Below, piece after piece: positions 25,700 to 38,305 of a stretch of 64,000 nt of DNA. Numbering within the stretch: the first letter of the stretch is position 1; every line of letters begins with the position of its first letter. Position numbers and translations under genes: made by a program. This DNA comes from Felis catus (taxonomy: Eukaryota). The DNA is taken from contig NC_058368.1 of the NCBI RefSeq assembly GCF_018350175.1, positions 140,680,001 through 140,744,000 of the forward strand, written 5' to 3'. The notes under the pieces were generated by a model. It saw only the letters and a list, made by a program, of their open reading frames with translations. It was not told the origin of the DNA and made no database searches.

Positions 25700-25945
25700 T
25701 CTAATTCTTTCTTTCGTTGTGTGATCTATGACCAAGCCCAGTGAACTCTGGAACTTAAGTTTTCTCATCTTTAAGGTGGCAAGAGGAGTACCAGCCTCAC
25801 AAGTGTTACTATGAGAGCTAAATGAAATCATAAGAAAGGAATTAATTGATTTCCAAGCACTATGGAAATGTTGATTTTACAAAGGTGAGGCAGTATTCAA
25901 AAAGCGCTTAGAGCATGGCTGGCCACACAGTATTTATTCAATAAA
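25700..25945 (+). mobile_element. MIR-like fragment
   Basis: agtttttctcatctttaaggtg..gttactatgagagctaaatga..aaagcgcttagagcatggctggccacacagt. Confidence 0.5.
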
Positions 25946-26271
25946 CTAAAACAGTCCTAGTAATACCTTTACTTAGGAGTATGCAGTTCATATTACGGAA
26001 CCAAAGCTGCTTGTGACATGACTTACTATCGCCACTTAGTTCAATATGCCTGAGAAAACGGAGTAAGTACTGGTCTGTCGGTCACTTTGTAAATAGCCTT
26101 CTCTGACATTTCAGCAGTGAGGTTTTATGGCGAGGGAAAATCACCACCTACTTTCACAAAATAAAGTTTCATACTCAGGGCGGTGGGGGCCAAGCATGAA
26201 CAGCGGTGGGCACCACCACAACCTCTGAGTTTGCCGTCATGACAACAGGTGGTTTATTCTTATTGTTTCAG

Positions 26272-26409
26272 AAATTCTCGAAGGTCAATTAAACTAGATG
26301 GAAAAGGAGAACCGAAAGGGGCGAAGAGAGCCAAGCCAGTGAGGTACACGGCTGCAAAGCTGCATGAGAAGGGGGTCCTGCTGGGGATAGACGACCTTCA
26401 GACAAACCA
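26272..26409 (+). CDS. IQGAP2: IQGAP2 coding exon
   Basis: CAG acceptor; (R)NSRRSIKLDGKGEPKGAKRAKPVRYTAAKLHEKGVLLGIDDLQTN(Q); donor CA|GTGAGT. Confidence 0.95.
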
Positions 26410-27470
26410 GTGAGTGTGGCCTGGAATCTGCACAGAATTACACATGCCCTCTAATCACTCCCGTAAAATCTGACTCACTTCTTTTTGGTTTCCTGTGGCC
26501 TTTGAAGAGAGCTTCATTTGGTCTCTCAAGGCTTACCCTTGATTACAGATGACAGGGCGGGGACGTACGTGTATTGTAATCTCTAGTCTGCCCATCAGAC
26601 CCCGAGCGTCAGTGCCGGGGGTTGTATGAAGTGCTGAGCAGGTCGTGTTTCCCATGGCTGGTCCAGTACATTTGGGTTTGCCAGCCTCCCCCTTCTCTCG
26701 GGAAAAACTGAGTCATAGCATTGAGAATGAAAAGCTGTCTTTTTGTCTTGATAGAGTTATTTACAATAGTATCTTTCTCACTTCAGAGCCGCAGACTATG
26801 TGTGCCAACACCCGGGTCAGAGCCACTCTGGCAGTGTGCTGCTGGTGTGCGTGTTTGATGTAGAGGAGAAAATGGAAACCCTCCTCCGCAGTCCGCACTG
26901 GGTGCCCGAGGGTTCTCTCTTTTCAAGGAACTGTGAGCCTTGTGGCCCATCACTGTTGCAGGGAGCCACATTCACCATGTGCGCTCCTCTCTAACTCCTG
27001 CCCTCTCTCCAGGCCTGGCTTCTGTTCCATTTATCGCAGCAAACCTTTTCTCTCAACCATACTGACTCAGAGAAAATGCTTCTTCGTCTTTGTAGTTTCT
27101 ATAAAAGTCACCATCTAAAACATTCAACTGGCGTCTCAGCAGTCTAAGTCACTATTTAATTCTCAGGATCTGCGAACCCCATTTTTCCAACTGTATTTTA
27201 AGCTCTTTAAGAACAAGGACCCTATTTAATAGCATTTCTTCAGTAATAAAGCATCTACTTGGGTGCTCTAGGCAACAATCTCAACAAGAGCTATCAAACC
27301 TAGTTTTAATGAGCAGAGTGGGGAAGGGGAATGATGGGAGGTTGGGGAGGCTTCCTTAGGACTTTCCGGTGGACCTTTCACTAAGCATGGTAATGTAGGA
27401 TTCCGTTAACTAGTTTCAGCTTTACACATAGAGTTGCAATTCCTCATGAGAATGTCTCTTTCTTCACTAG

Positions 27471-27579
27471 GTTTAAAAATGTTACATTTGATATCATATC
27501 TACTGAAGATGTGGGCATCTTTGATGTCAGATCAAAATTCCTTGGTGTTGAGATGGAGAAGGTACAGCTCAATATTCAG
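27471..27579 (+). CDS. IQGAP2: IQGAP2 penultimate coding exon
   Basis: TAG acceptor; (Q)FKNVTFDIISTEDVGIFDVRSKFLGVEMEKVQLNIQ; donor CAG|GTAAGC. Confidence 0.95.
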
Positions 27580-27889
27580 GTAAGCTGGGATTTCTGCAAA
27601 GTGGGGGTGAGTTTTATAATGTGCGGCGTGCTTCCCCTGGCTTGCCCTCTTCATGACAACACGGGGGTGTAACAGATGACCACTGCAAGCCTTATTTGCC
27701 AATATTGGCCTTTTAAGCTTTGATGATTTGTGGAAAGCTCTGATCTTTCAAAGTGTTAGAACTTAAAACGCTTTTAGATGGCAAACCATAGCAGTCAGCT
27801 TTTCTAAGTCATGTTTCCATTTTGATGCTTAGAGGGAAAAAAATAGCATAAAAGTATTCAAAGCTATTGAGGCGAAAAAGTTTTCTTAT

Positions 27890-28119
27890 TTATTTTTACT
27901 TTTTTAATGTTTTTCTTTATTTTTTATTTATTTTATTTTATTTTTTGAGAGGGGGCGGTTTGTGAGCAGGGGAGGGACAGAGAGAGGGGGACAGAGGAAC
28001 TGAAGTGGGCTCTGCACTGACAGCAGAGAGCCCAATGTGGGCCTCGAACTCATGAACTAGAAGATCATGACCTGAGCCAAAGTCAGATGCTGAACTGAAC
28101 TAAGCCACCCAGATGCCCC
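27890..28119 (-). mobile_element. Can-SINE next to the young L1
   Basis: TSD AAAAGTTTTCTT. Confidence 0.88.
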
Positions 28120-28151
28120 AAAAGTTTTCTTTCATTAGGAACATGGATTTC

Positions 28152-29550
28152 TTTTTTTTTTTATATATGAAATTTATTGACAAATTGGTTTCCATACAAC
28201 ACCCAGTGCTCATCCCAAAAGGTGCCCTCCTCAATACCCATCACCCACCCTCTCCTCCCTCCCACCCCCCATCAACCCTCAGTTTGTTCTCAGTTTTTAA
28301 CAGTCTCTTATGCTTTGGCTCTCTCCCACTCTAACTTCTTTTTTTTTTTTTTTTCCTTCCCCTCCCCCATGGGTTCCTGTTAAGTTTCTCAGGATCCACA
28401 TAAGAGTGAAACCATATGGTATCTGTCTTTCTCTGTATGGCTTATTTCACTTAGCATCACACTCTCCAGTTCCATCCACGTTGCTACAAAAGGCCATATT
28501 TCATTTTTTCTCATTGCCACGTAGTACTCCATTGTGTATATAAACCACAATTTCTTTATCCATTCATCAGTTGATGGACATTTAGGCTCTTTCCATAATT
28601 TGGCTATTGTTGAGAGTGCTGCTATGAACATTGGGGTACAAGTGGCCCTATGCATCAGTACTCCTGTATCCCTTGGATAAATTCCTAGCAGTGCTATTGC
28701 TGGGTCATAGGGTAGGTCTATTTTTAATTTTCTGAGGAACCTCCACACTGCTTTCCAGAGCGGCTGCACCAATTTGCATTCCCACCAACAGTGCAAGAGG
28801 GTTCCCGTTTCTCCACATCCTCTCCAGCATCTATAGTCTCCTGATTTGTTCATTTTGGCCACTCTGACTGGCGTGAGGTGGTACCTGAGTGTGGTTTTGA
28901 TTTGTATTTCCCTGATAAGGAGCGACGCTGAACATCTTTTCATGTGCCTGTTGGCCATCCGGATGTCTTCTTTAGAGAAGTGTCTATTCATGTTTTCTGC
29001 CCATTTCTTCACTGGGTTATTTGTTTTCCGGGTGTGGAGTTTGGTGAGCTCTTTATAGATTTTGGATACTAGCCCTTTGTTCGATATGTCATTTGCGAAT
29101 ATCTTTTCCCATTCCGTTGGTTGCCTTTTAGTTTTGTTGGTTGTTTCCTTTGCTGTGCAGAAGCTTTTTATCTTCATAAGGTCCCAGTAATTCACTTTTG
29201 CTTTTAATTCCCTTGCCTTTGGGGATGTGTCGAGTAAGAGATTGCTACGGCTGAGGTCAGAGAGGTCTTTTCCTGCTTTCTCCTCTAAGGTTTTGATGGT
29301 TTCCTGTCTCACATTTAGGTCCTTTATCCATTTTGAGTTTATTTTTGTGAATGGTGTGAGAAAGTGGTCTAGTTTCAACCTTCTGCATGTTGCTGTCCAG
29401 TTCTCCCAGCACCATTTGTTAAAGAGGCTGTCTTTTTTCCATTGGATATTCTTTCCTGCTTTGTCAAAGATTAGTTGGCCATACGTTTGTGGGTCTAGTT
29501 CTGGGGTTTCTATTCTATTCCATTGGTCTATGTGTCTGTTTTTGTGCCAA
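28152..29550 (-). mobile_element. Young 5'-truncated LINE-1 (feline/carnivore L1), antisense in the last IQGAP2 intron
   Basis: ORF2 C-terminus open from 29549 to the stop at 28389 ([14 protein letters not shown]...[18 protein letters not shown] zinc knuckle); G-rich 3' UTR, AATAAA and poly(A); TSD-like GGAAC(A/T)TG(G/A)ATTTCTTT at 28138-28154 and 29551-29567. Confidence 0.97.
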
Positions 29551-30778
29551 GGAACTTGAATTTCTTTGTAAGACTATATATCCCCAGGATTGGAACTTTA
29601 CTGACCTCATTTCTGCTTCTTTCTCCTGCTTAGAATCATGTCTACATTAGTTTATGAAATCTGTTAAATGCTTAGGCACATAAGACATGCAAAATAGTTA
29701 TCTACAAGTAGAAACATGGCGTCTACAGTCGGAATTATTGCTGTTGTCTCATGAGGACCATATTTAAGCCAAATAGACTTGAACAGAAGCTGAGACATCC
29801 AGTTTCTATGTCCAAAAACAAAAGGGGCAAAAACAACAATGACCAAAAAAAAGTGAAAGGAGAACACAATCCAAAGCTTAAGATCATCTTCTGCCAAATT
29901 GATCCTCAGCATAGGATCAATTAAAAGATGTAATTGAGTTTTTCTTTTTCACATGAGAGATTTTCAGTGGAAATAACACCTATTTACGTGGGTCCCAAAC
30001 TACTAGTAAAATGGGTCCCAGGTATTCTGTGTGTATCTACACAAACCATCTTGATGAGCCACTGCAAGGGACAAGTTCTAGCCTCCCTGCCTGCTGAGCC
30101 CCTGGCTGAGAACCCTGAAATTATTTCCCCCTCCTAGGAGCAGATGCCATTGCCCTTCTTTCCCCTCTAGCATTGCTTGTAACTTACAAAAAAACAAAAA
30201 ACAAAAAACTAAAGGAGTATGATAAGGGCCATTGAGATAATGGAGTGAGTTAGAGTCCAGAGAGAAAACGAGAGATAATGAGTAATTGTGAAAAGTATAC
30301 ATAAGTAAAACAGCATTATTTTCTACTTATTTTTAAATGCCAGTAAATGTAGCCATCTAACAATTTAACTGAAAAGCTTGAGTTACTTTATGTACCATTT
30401 AGATAAATACGGGAAGAGTAAAGAGAGTGCTGCTAGGGATGTGCCTTCGTTAGTCACTCTTCTTTAGAAGTGGCAAAAACGTATCATGTGTTTGTCAAGA
30501 AGGAAATGACCCAAGACCAATCAGCATCAACTGGACAGATGAATCCCAAGTGACAGGGACACACCTGTTCAGAGAGACCTCAGGAATTCCAGGGCACTTC
30601 CTTTGAACACTGGTGCAAATACCAAGCTTCATTTGCTCCTTTGTTAAGGTTTCAGCATGCGGTAGGATTAACTCTTCATGCCATTCATCTGTACACAGAA
30701 TTGATTGTAAAATGTTACTCCTTCGCTGCATACAGATAACTCATACACCCCAGATTTTTAATGTCATGAACATGTCAC

Positions 30779-30918
30779 CAGGGCTAACTACATAACTTGT
30801 GGGGCTTGGTACAGAATGAAAAGGTACAGCCCCTTATTCAGAATTATTGAGCGTCTCAAGATGGTGAGAGCAGAGCATTACACTCTGTACGGGTTGAATG
30901 CCCCAGTAGCCAGCCCAG
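30779..30918 (-). mobile_element. MER45A-like hAT element
   Basis: ctacataacttgtggggc..aatgaaaa..gccccttattca..tcaagatggtgagagcagagcatta. Confidence 0.65.
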
Positions 30919-31761
30919 CATCTAATAAAGTCAGACTTCTGTTTATATTTATGGCTTTCAGACAATTACATTAACAAGTGAATTACCTGATGGCCGGGTC
31001 TTTAGTGTGAGACAAAAACTGGCAAAAGGACAGAAATTTCTAAGAGAACTAAGGGAGATCCCTTCTAACATTATGTTTCTGGGTCTTCTTCTCCCCTCCT
31101 TCCTCACTTCCTAAATATTATGTCGTAATTGTATCCTGCAGCTGTCAGCAGTATACCTAACAGGTGGGTGCGACTTAAGATGTTCTGCTCCCACAAATAA
31201 TGTTCAGTGTTTATCAAGGGCTACGGGGTGACGCCGTTCCCTTCCCAGATGAAGAGCTGAGGTTCAGGGAATTCATTATACAAGAGGCAGCTGGAGTCCA
31301 AGTTGTTCGTCAGTCTGCTCCATTGCCCCTCGCCCAGGATTACAGTTGATCTTGACAAAGCATGGGCCCCTACAAATGGCTTGTGGACTTTGATCTCCTA
31401 TGTCCAATAGCACCCTTGTGAAATTAGCAGTGTTGTCCCAATTTACACAAACAAAACAACTTCAGAGAGGTGGTGTGATGTCGCAGGATCATAAGATAGC
31501 AAATGGCGGGGCTAAGTCTCAAATCTGATCTTCCGTCCACAAGTACAATCATTATCATTGCTCCCCACCTTAGGGGCCCAGCTGCTTCCCCTGCAGACAC
31601 CTACAGGTGTCTCTCATTTTGAGTACAGTTGGAGGAATGTGAGGAGGTGGAGGGGGACGCTGGCAACAGCTAAAGTTCTCTCAAAGATGATTCCAACTTG
31701 TGCAGGTGGCCTTGCTTAATAGAGATACAAGGCATTATCATTAGGAACCAAGAAGTTTCCT

Positions 31762-31917
31762 GGGGCACCTAGGTGGCTCATTCAGTTGAGCATCCAACTC
31801 TTGATATCAGCTCGGGTCATGATCTCATGTTATGTGGGATCGAGCCCCACATCAGGCTCTGTGCTGATAGTGCAGAGCCTGATTGGGACTCTCTCCCCCT
31901 CTCTCCCTGCCTGCCTG

Positions 31918-31970
<53 letters not shown>

Positions 31971-33200
31971 TTCTCTCTTTCTCTATCAAAATAAATAAAA
32001 CATGAAAAAAAAAAAAAAAACAAGTTTCCAGAGCTAGGAACAAGAAAACGAGGTCCGGGTATTAGTCTAGGGCAGTTCAAGAATGATATCTTCTATTTGG
32101 GGAAGCCCCCCTGTTCTATGTTATTGTGAGACATTGCTCCTTAATCTCATGCATATGATTAGTGTGACCCAGTTACTAATTCTAGCAAGAGTTGATGTCC
32201 TTTGATTATGTGGTGGCAGTGAAACATAGAACGATAGACTGATGTGAGAATAAGGGCTTGTTCTCAGTACAGGAACACAAAGTAGTCTAGATCAGGAAAG
32301 ACTAGCTTTGTACACTGCTCTCCAAATTGTAGTCCACAACTTCAGTAAATAACATGAGCATTTATCCTCACTTTACATACTTATTTATAAAGTATACATG
32401 TTCATGCTGACAGCTCAGAGCCTGGAGCCTGTTTTAGATTCTGTGTCCTCTCTCTCTGCCCCTCCCACCCTCATGCTCTTTCTCTCCTCCAAAAATAAAT
32501 AAAAACATTAAAAAAATGTTTTTAAATAAAGTATACGTGTTCCTACTACTAGACTCAAAATATACTTTGTAAAATATATACACAAAATTTAAGTGTTTAA
32601 AGAATGAGAGAAAATACTAAATGGGAGTTCTCATACTCTTTTTGCTCCCCAAGGGATAGCCTTGCTTACTTCACTTTAGAAAACACCACTGTTCTTGCGG
32701 CACCTGGGTGGCTCAGTTGGCTCAGGTCATGATCTTAAGGTTCATGAGGTTGAGCCCCATATCAGGTGAGCTCGACTCCCTCTTCGGATGAGCCCCAGTT
32801 CTCTCTCTCCCCTTCTCTTTGCCCCCACCCCTCTCCCTTCCCCTCCCCTGTCTCTCCCCCTCACTCACTTGTGCCCTCTGTCTCAAAAAAAAAAAAGAAA
32901 GAAAGAAAAAGAAACACCACTGTAAAAAGAAACACCACTGTCTAAAGGATATGCCCCATCCTGCTGGATTATCTGTATTTTGAATGTTTCAATTAAAATT
33001 ATAATTACGGGGCTGCCTGGGTGACTCAGTCAGTAAAGCATCTGACTCTTGATTTCAGCTCAGGTAATGATCTCAGGGTCCTAAGATCAAGCCCTATATG
33101 GGGCTCTGCGCTGGGCATGGAGCCTGCTTCAGATTCTCTCTCTCTCCCCCTCCCCCTCTACGTGCAAGCTCCCTCTCTCTAAAATAAATAATTTTTAAAA
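31762..33200 (+). mobile_element. Four + strand Can-SINEs (31762-32020; 5'-truncated ~32404-32526; ~32698-32905; ~33008-33200)
   Basis: Heads and tails; the truncated copy is flanked by TSD TAAAGTATAC(A/G)TGTTC. Confidence 0.85.
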
Positions 33201-33292
33201 GTTACAGTTACGTATCTGATATTAACTTGATGATGGTTTTCTTTCATACAGTGCTCATCAATTCTAAAAATCTGTTTTCTTTCATTTTGGTA

Positions 33293-33490
33293 GGTGCTTC
33301 TCAAAGTATGGCACTCAGACCATCAATACCATCATCACACGGGACCTTGTTAAAATGCATATTCTTGGGCCTTACCCCAGAGCTACAAAGTCAGAACTTC
33401 CAGTGCATGGGGCCCAACAATCTGTGTTTTAACTAGCTTGTGTTTTTAACCAAATGATCCCGATGCACACTGAAACTTTAGAACCTCCAC
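33293..33490 (+). mobile_element. MER5A-like element
   Basis: gtgcttctcaaagt..catcac..ggaccttgttaaaatgcatattcttgggccttaccccaga..aatctgtgttttaac..gatgcacactgaaactttagaacc. Confidence 0.75.
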
Positions 33491-33614
33491 AGAGGTCACT
33501 AGGTCAACTGAATCTATTTTTGTCGACAGATTCTTCTAGAATGTTTTTTTAAGAATGTTCTTAAGCACGCAAAATGTTAAATTTGAGATTTAATGATGTC
33601 CCTTACACTTTCAG

Positions 33615-33728
33615 GATTTACTCCAGATGCAGTATGAAGGCGTAGCTGTAATGAAAATGTTTGATAAGGTTAAAGTGAATGTAAACCTTCTCATCTACCT
33701 GCTGAACAAGAAATTCTATGGAAAGTGA
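33615..33728 (+). CDS. IQGAP2: IQGAP2 last coding exon
   Basis: CAG acceptor; DLLQMQYEGVAVMKMFDKVKVNVNLLIYLLNKKFYGK then TGA; canonical IQGAP C-terminus. Confidence 0.97.
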   Translation, partial: DLLQMQYEGVAVMKMFDKVKVNVNLLIYLLNKKFYGK

Positions 33729-34560
33729 AGTGCCTACAGAAGTGTCATGGAATCTGTATCACCTGGATTGAGATGAATCTGCTTAATATTTTTGTTGTTA
33801 AACATGATTGAAATCACTGCTTACAAATGTGTGGGTTTTTTTTTTTCTTAAATGACCAAAACTGTTCTGAAGAATGTACCCATGTGCCTTTTTGATAATT
33901 TGATACGATGGTAGAATAATACAAAAAATGAATTGATGGAAACACTTCCACATTATGCTGTGGTATAGGTACTCTGGCTTAAAACTTTGGCAATCTGTGA
34001 TTTGTTTTAAAGTAGGGAAAAAATAAGTTTAGCTGACTTAGAGACAAATCTGTAGACCTATTTTCCTATGAAAAAATAATTTTAAATGTCCCGTTTGAAT
34101 GTCATCCTTCATAGATTTGTTTCTTTGGAGAAATGGAAACCTAATTATTTGTAATGAATTATTTACACAGATACTTTGTTCTAAGCCCTGCCTTCTGGGA
34201 GTTACCAATTTTAAAGAACTTTTGTGCAATTCAAAATGAAGTTTTTATAAGTAATTGAAAGTGACAGTACAATAACACTTTCTGTATAAAATTATATATT
34301 TTATGTGATTTATTCCTACTAAATGAAGTGCACTACTGCCTTGTGGTAAAGGCTCTTGTTCCCAGAGCCTTTAAGTGACTAAGGAGCACCATGGATAGCG
34401 AGCTTAAGCCCCCACCTCCGCCCCTCACAGTTTATTTGAATACTTCAATTGTGCCTCTCAATTTTTTGTAATGCAATAAAATCAGTATCTAGATGGTTTT
34501 TAAATGTATTCTTTGAAAATTGTTTTATGTAAAATAAATGTTAACTGAATTACATGAATT
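33729..34560 (+). other. IQGAP2: IQGAP2 3' UTR (end approximate)
   Basis: AT-rich sequence without recognisable interspersed repeats after the stop, ending in two AATAAA hexamers. Confidence 0.75.
34475..34538 (+). terminator. IQGAP2: IQGAP2 polyadenylation signals (AATAAA at 34475-34480 and 34533-34538)
   Basis: Two AATAAA hexamers with upstream TGTA motifs and T/GT-rich sequence downstream. Confidence 0.7.
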
Positions 34561-34639
34561 GGACTTTTTAGGTGTCCTAATACGAAATCATTTTGTGGGT
34601 AGAAGGTTCTTGGTGGGGCTTACCAGGAAAAGAAATAAC

Positions 34640-35310
34640 GTGTCGACAGCTGTACTTGTTAGGGTGCAGACTAAAAAGCTGTAACCGAGGGATTACAAAA
34701 CCCTGTGGCTGGGGCGCCCAGTCGGTTACACGTCCTTTCAGCTGTTACTGAAATAAGAAGTTTGTTTTTGTCAGATTCATCAGTTCAGAGGTAAGTGAGC
34801 GGGCTTACAAGATTGTTTAGAGACCCAAGCTGGCCACTTGGCTCTGTCTTTATCACTGAAGGGAGAAAGAAGTCCAGGGCATGCCATTTTGTTTTAAGTA
34901 ATTTGAGTCACTTCTCACATCTGATTGACCAAAACTTAGTCATGCAGCCACAGCCAGCTTCAATAGAGCCTGGGAAATAAGATCTTTTAATCAGGCAGCC
35001 CTGTTCTCAATTAAAAGCTGAGGTGAGGCACCTGGGTGGCTCAGTCCTTTAAGCTTCTGACTCTTGGTTTTGGCTCAGATCGTAATCTCGCAGTTCGTGG
35101 GTTCTAGCACCGAATGTGGCTCTGCACTGACAGTGTGGGGCCTGCTTGGGATTCTCTCTCTCTCCCCCTCTCTCTCTCTACCCCACCCCTTCTCTCTCTC
35201 TCAAAAAACTAAAAAAAATAAAAAATTTTTTAAACTGGGGTAAGAGAGGTGATACTATTAATAAAAGAAAGAGTGATTCCTGGGGACAGGTTAGCTAGCT
35301 ATCTTCATGA
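34640..35310 (-). mobile_element. Degenerate MaLR LTR (MLT1-like) with a SINE at ~35025-35235
   Basis: cacttctcacatctgattgaccaaaacttagtcatgcagccacagccagct...ctgggaaata resembles antisense MLT1. Confidence 0.55.
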
Positions 35311-35494
35311 CAGTAGTGATTCAGACTCTCAGGCTGGAGCCCCCTGATACTTGGGATTCTGTTTATTCATTCAACAGGCTTTATTTTTCATAGGGATTAC
35401 AAAATATTTCTCAGTGTAACTTAAGCTCATTTAACAAAAATGAACTTTAAGTTTAGTGTGAGATCAATAGAATTTGGAAATTACAAATTTTCAA

Positions 35495-35686
35495 ACTTTT
35501 TTTAAATCTTTTGAAAGAGATCAGAGGGGGGCGGAGGGGGGCAGAGAGAGGAGAGAGAGAATCCCAAGCAAGCTCTTTGTGCTGTCCCTGCAGAGCCCAA
35601 TGTGGGGCTCAATCTCACAGACCATGCGATCATGACCCAAGCCAAAATTAAGAGACGTTTAACTGACTGAGCCATCCAGGCACCCC
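35495..35686 (-). mobile_element. Can-SINE
   Basis: Antisense head gagccatccaggcacccc. Confidence 0.85.
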
Positions 35687-35763
35687 AGAAAGTTCAAATT
35701 TTCAAAAGTAGAATCTGCCACTTGAGTGATTATGTCCAGCTGTACATATTTTTAGCAAAGAGA

Positions 35764-37242
35764 GTAAGTCTACACTACTGGTCATCTGATCTACAAATGT
35801 GGTGGGATCAACACAAGAACTATCAAAAAAATTTGAGGAGTCTGCTGAGATGGGAAAGGGCTCCTTCAAGTACGCCTGGGTCTCAGATAAACTGAAAGTC
35901 GAATGTGAACATGGTAACAACATTGATATCTCCCTGTGGAAATTTGAGACCAGCAAGTCTTGTGTGACTACCATTGATGCCCCAGGACACAGAGACTTTA
36001 TCAAAAATACGATTACAGGCACATCCCAGGCCGACTGTGCTGAGCTGATCGTTGCTGCTGATGTTGACGAATTTGAAGCAGGTATCTCCAAGAGTGGGCA
36101 GACCCATGAGCATGCCCTTGTGGCTTACACGCTGCGTGTAAAACAACTTGTTGGATTCCACTGAGCCACCCTACAGCCAGAAGAGATACGAGAAAATCGT
36201 TAAGGAAGTCAGCACCTGCAGTAAGCAAATTGGCTACAACCCCGACACAGTGGCGTTTGTGCCAATTTCTGGTTGGAAAGGTGACAACATGCTGGCGACA
36301 AGTGCTAACACGCCCTGGTTCAAGAGATGGAAAGTCACCCGTAAAGATGGCAGTGCCAGTGGAACCACACTGCTTGAAGCTCTGGATTGCATTCTGCCAC
36401 CAACTCGTCCAACTGACAAGCCCTTGCGTCTGCCCTTCCAGGATGTCTACAAAATTGGTGGCATTGGTGCTGTCCCTGTGGGTCGAGTGGAGACTGGTGT
36501 TCTTAAACCAGGCATGGTGGGCACTTTTGCTCCAGTCAATGTTACAACTAAAGTAAAGTCTGTTGAAATGTACCAGGAAGCTCTGAGTGAGGCTCTTCCT
36601 GGGGGCAACATGGGCTTCAATGTCAAGAACCTATCTGTCAAAGATGTCCATCGTGGCAATGTGGCTGGTGATAGCAAAAATGACCCACAATGGAAGCAGC
36701 TGGCTTCACGGCTCAGGCGATAATCCTGAACCATCCGGGCCAAATCAGTACCGGTTATGTACCTGTGCTGGACCGTCACACAGCTCACATCGCCTGCAAG
36801 TTCACTGAGCGGAATGAGAAGATTGATCATCATTCTGGAAAAAAGCTGGAAGATGGTCCCAAGTTCTTGAAATCTGGTGATGCTACCATCGTTGATATGG
36901 TTCCTGGCAAGCCCATGTGTGTTGGGAACGTCTCTGACTCTCCTCCTCTGGACCGTTTTGCTGTTCATGACGTGAGACAGATCGTTGCTATGGGTGTCAT
37001 CAAAGCAGTGGACAGAAGGCAGCTGGAGCTGGCAAGGTCACCAAGCCTGCCCAGAAAGCTCAGAAGGCTAAATGATTATTGTCCCCAATCCCTGCCACCC
37101 CAGTCTTAATAAGTGGTGGGAGAACAGTCTCAGAACTGTTGTGCCAATTGGCCATTTAAGTTTAATAGTAAAAGACTGGGTAATGATAACAATGCACCAT
37201 AAAACCTTCAGAAGGAAAGGAGAACGTTTTGTGGACCATTTG

Positions 37243-37288
<46 letters not shown>

Positions 37289-37406
37289 CAGTTTTGAGTT
37301 ACTAGTTTTTAAAATCAGTACTTTTTAATGGAAACAACTTGACCAAAAAATCTGTCACAGAATTTTGAGACCCATTAAAACAAAAGTTTAATGAGAAGAA
37401 AAAAAA
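35764..37406 (+). pseudogene. EEF1A1P: EEF1A1 processed pseudogene, 5'-truncated and multiply frameshifted
   Basis: Intronless; three offset ORFs give [10 protein letters not shown]..., [38 protein letters not shown] (A1-type, not A2) and ...AQKAQKAK stop 37073-37075; EEF1A1-like 3' UTR, ATTAAA 37374-37379 and an A-rich tail; starts at the GKS of the P-loop. Confidence 0.96.
37244..37287 (+). repeat. (TG)22 microsatellite inside the EEF1A1 retrocopy 3' UTR
   Basis: Directly visible. Confidence 0.93.
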
Positions 37407-37859
37407 GAGGAAATGCTCTGTCAAAATGCTCGCTATCTTAACAGTTTGTGAATGTGTACATTTTTGTAATGTGTTAACCTTAACACAGACCTGCATACCT
37501 AAAAGGAATCAAATAAACATGCATCTTGTGTAGGGCCCATCTTGTGAAGAAACCTCATCTTCCCTGCAGTTACAGTACGTGAGGAACAGGATCCAGGGAC
37601 GGTGGGAGGTAGATTAAGCTTCCTCCTCTGTGCTCCAGGAAGGATTTTTAGTGGAAATGTGTAGAAGGAGCCAAAGTTAAGGAAAAATGTTTAGAGGCAA
37701 AAGCTAACGTTTCATAGTATTTCTGAAGGGAGTTTGTCTTATTCCGAGACTGAGCATTATGCTTGAGTCTTTATTAATATATACCTTCGTATCATGCCAG
37801 TACCGTCAAGGAAAGCAGTGCATGTTTTCTCTCCCTTGGCCGACATGGTAAGGCTATTG

Positions 37860-38068
37860 TTTTTTGTTTTTAATTTTTTTTTCAATGTTTGTTTTTGAGA
37901 GAGAGCATTGGGGAGGGAAGGGGCTGAGAGAGAGGGAGACACAAATCTGAAGCAGCCTCCAGGCTCTGAGCTGTCAACACTGAGCCCAATTCGGGGCTCT
38001 AACTCACCATGAGATCATGACCTGAGCTAAAGTCAGACGCTTTACCAGTTCAGCCACCCAGGCGCCCC
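37860..38068 (-). mobile_element. Can-SINE
   Basis: TSD GGTAAGGCTATT. Confidence 0.9.
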
Positions 38069-38305
38069 GGTAAGGCTATTTATTGTTGAAGATACTACCA
38101 ACTGCTACTTGAGATCTTTAAGGCACATGAGTGAACGGGTGACCCAGAGAAGAAATGTGATGGAGCGTGAACAAGAAGAAACCAGCAGAGGCATGGATGT
38201 AGATATGGTTGGAACCAAGGCCTATACCCCTCCCAGGAGCACTGAACCCCAAGCCAGCGGACCACTGTGTCTTATAACCCTAAGCCAGTAAAGACTCCTA
38301 ACCAC

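Noticed and set aside
35799..37109. Functional EEF1A gene
   Set aside because: No introns or promoter, truncated P-loop, several frameshifts, and a deletion removing the NKMD GTP-binding motif.
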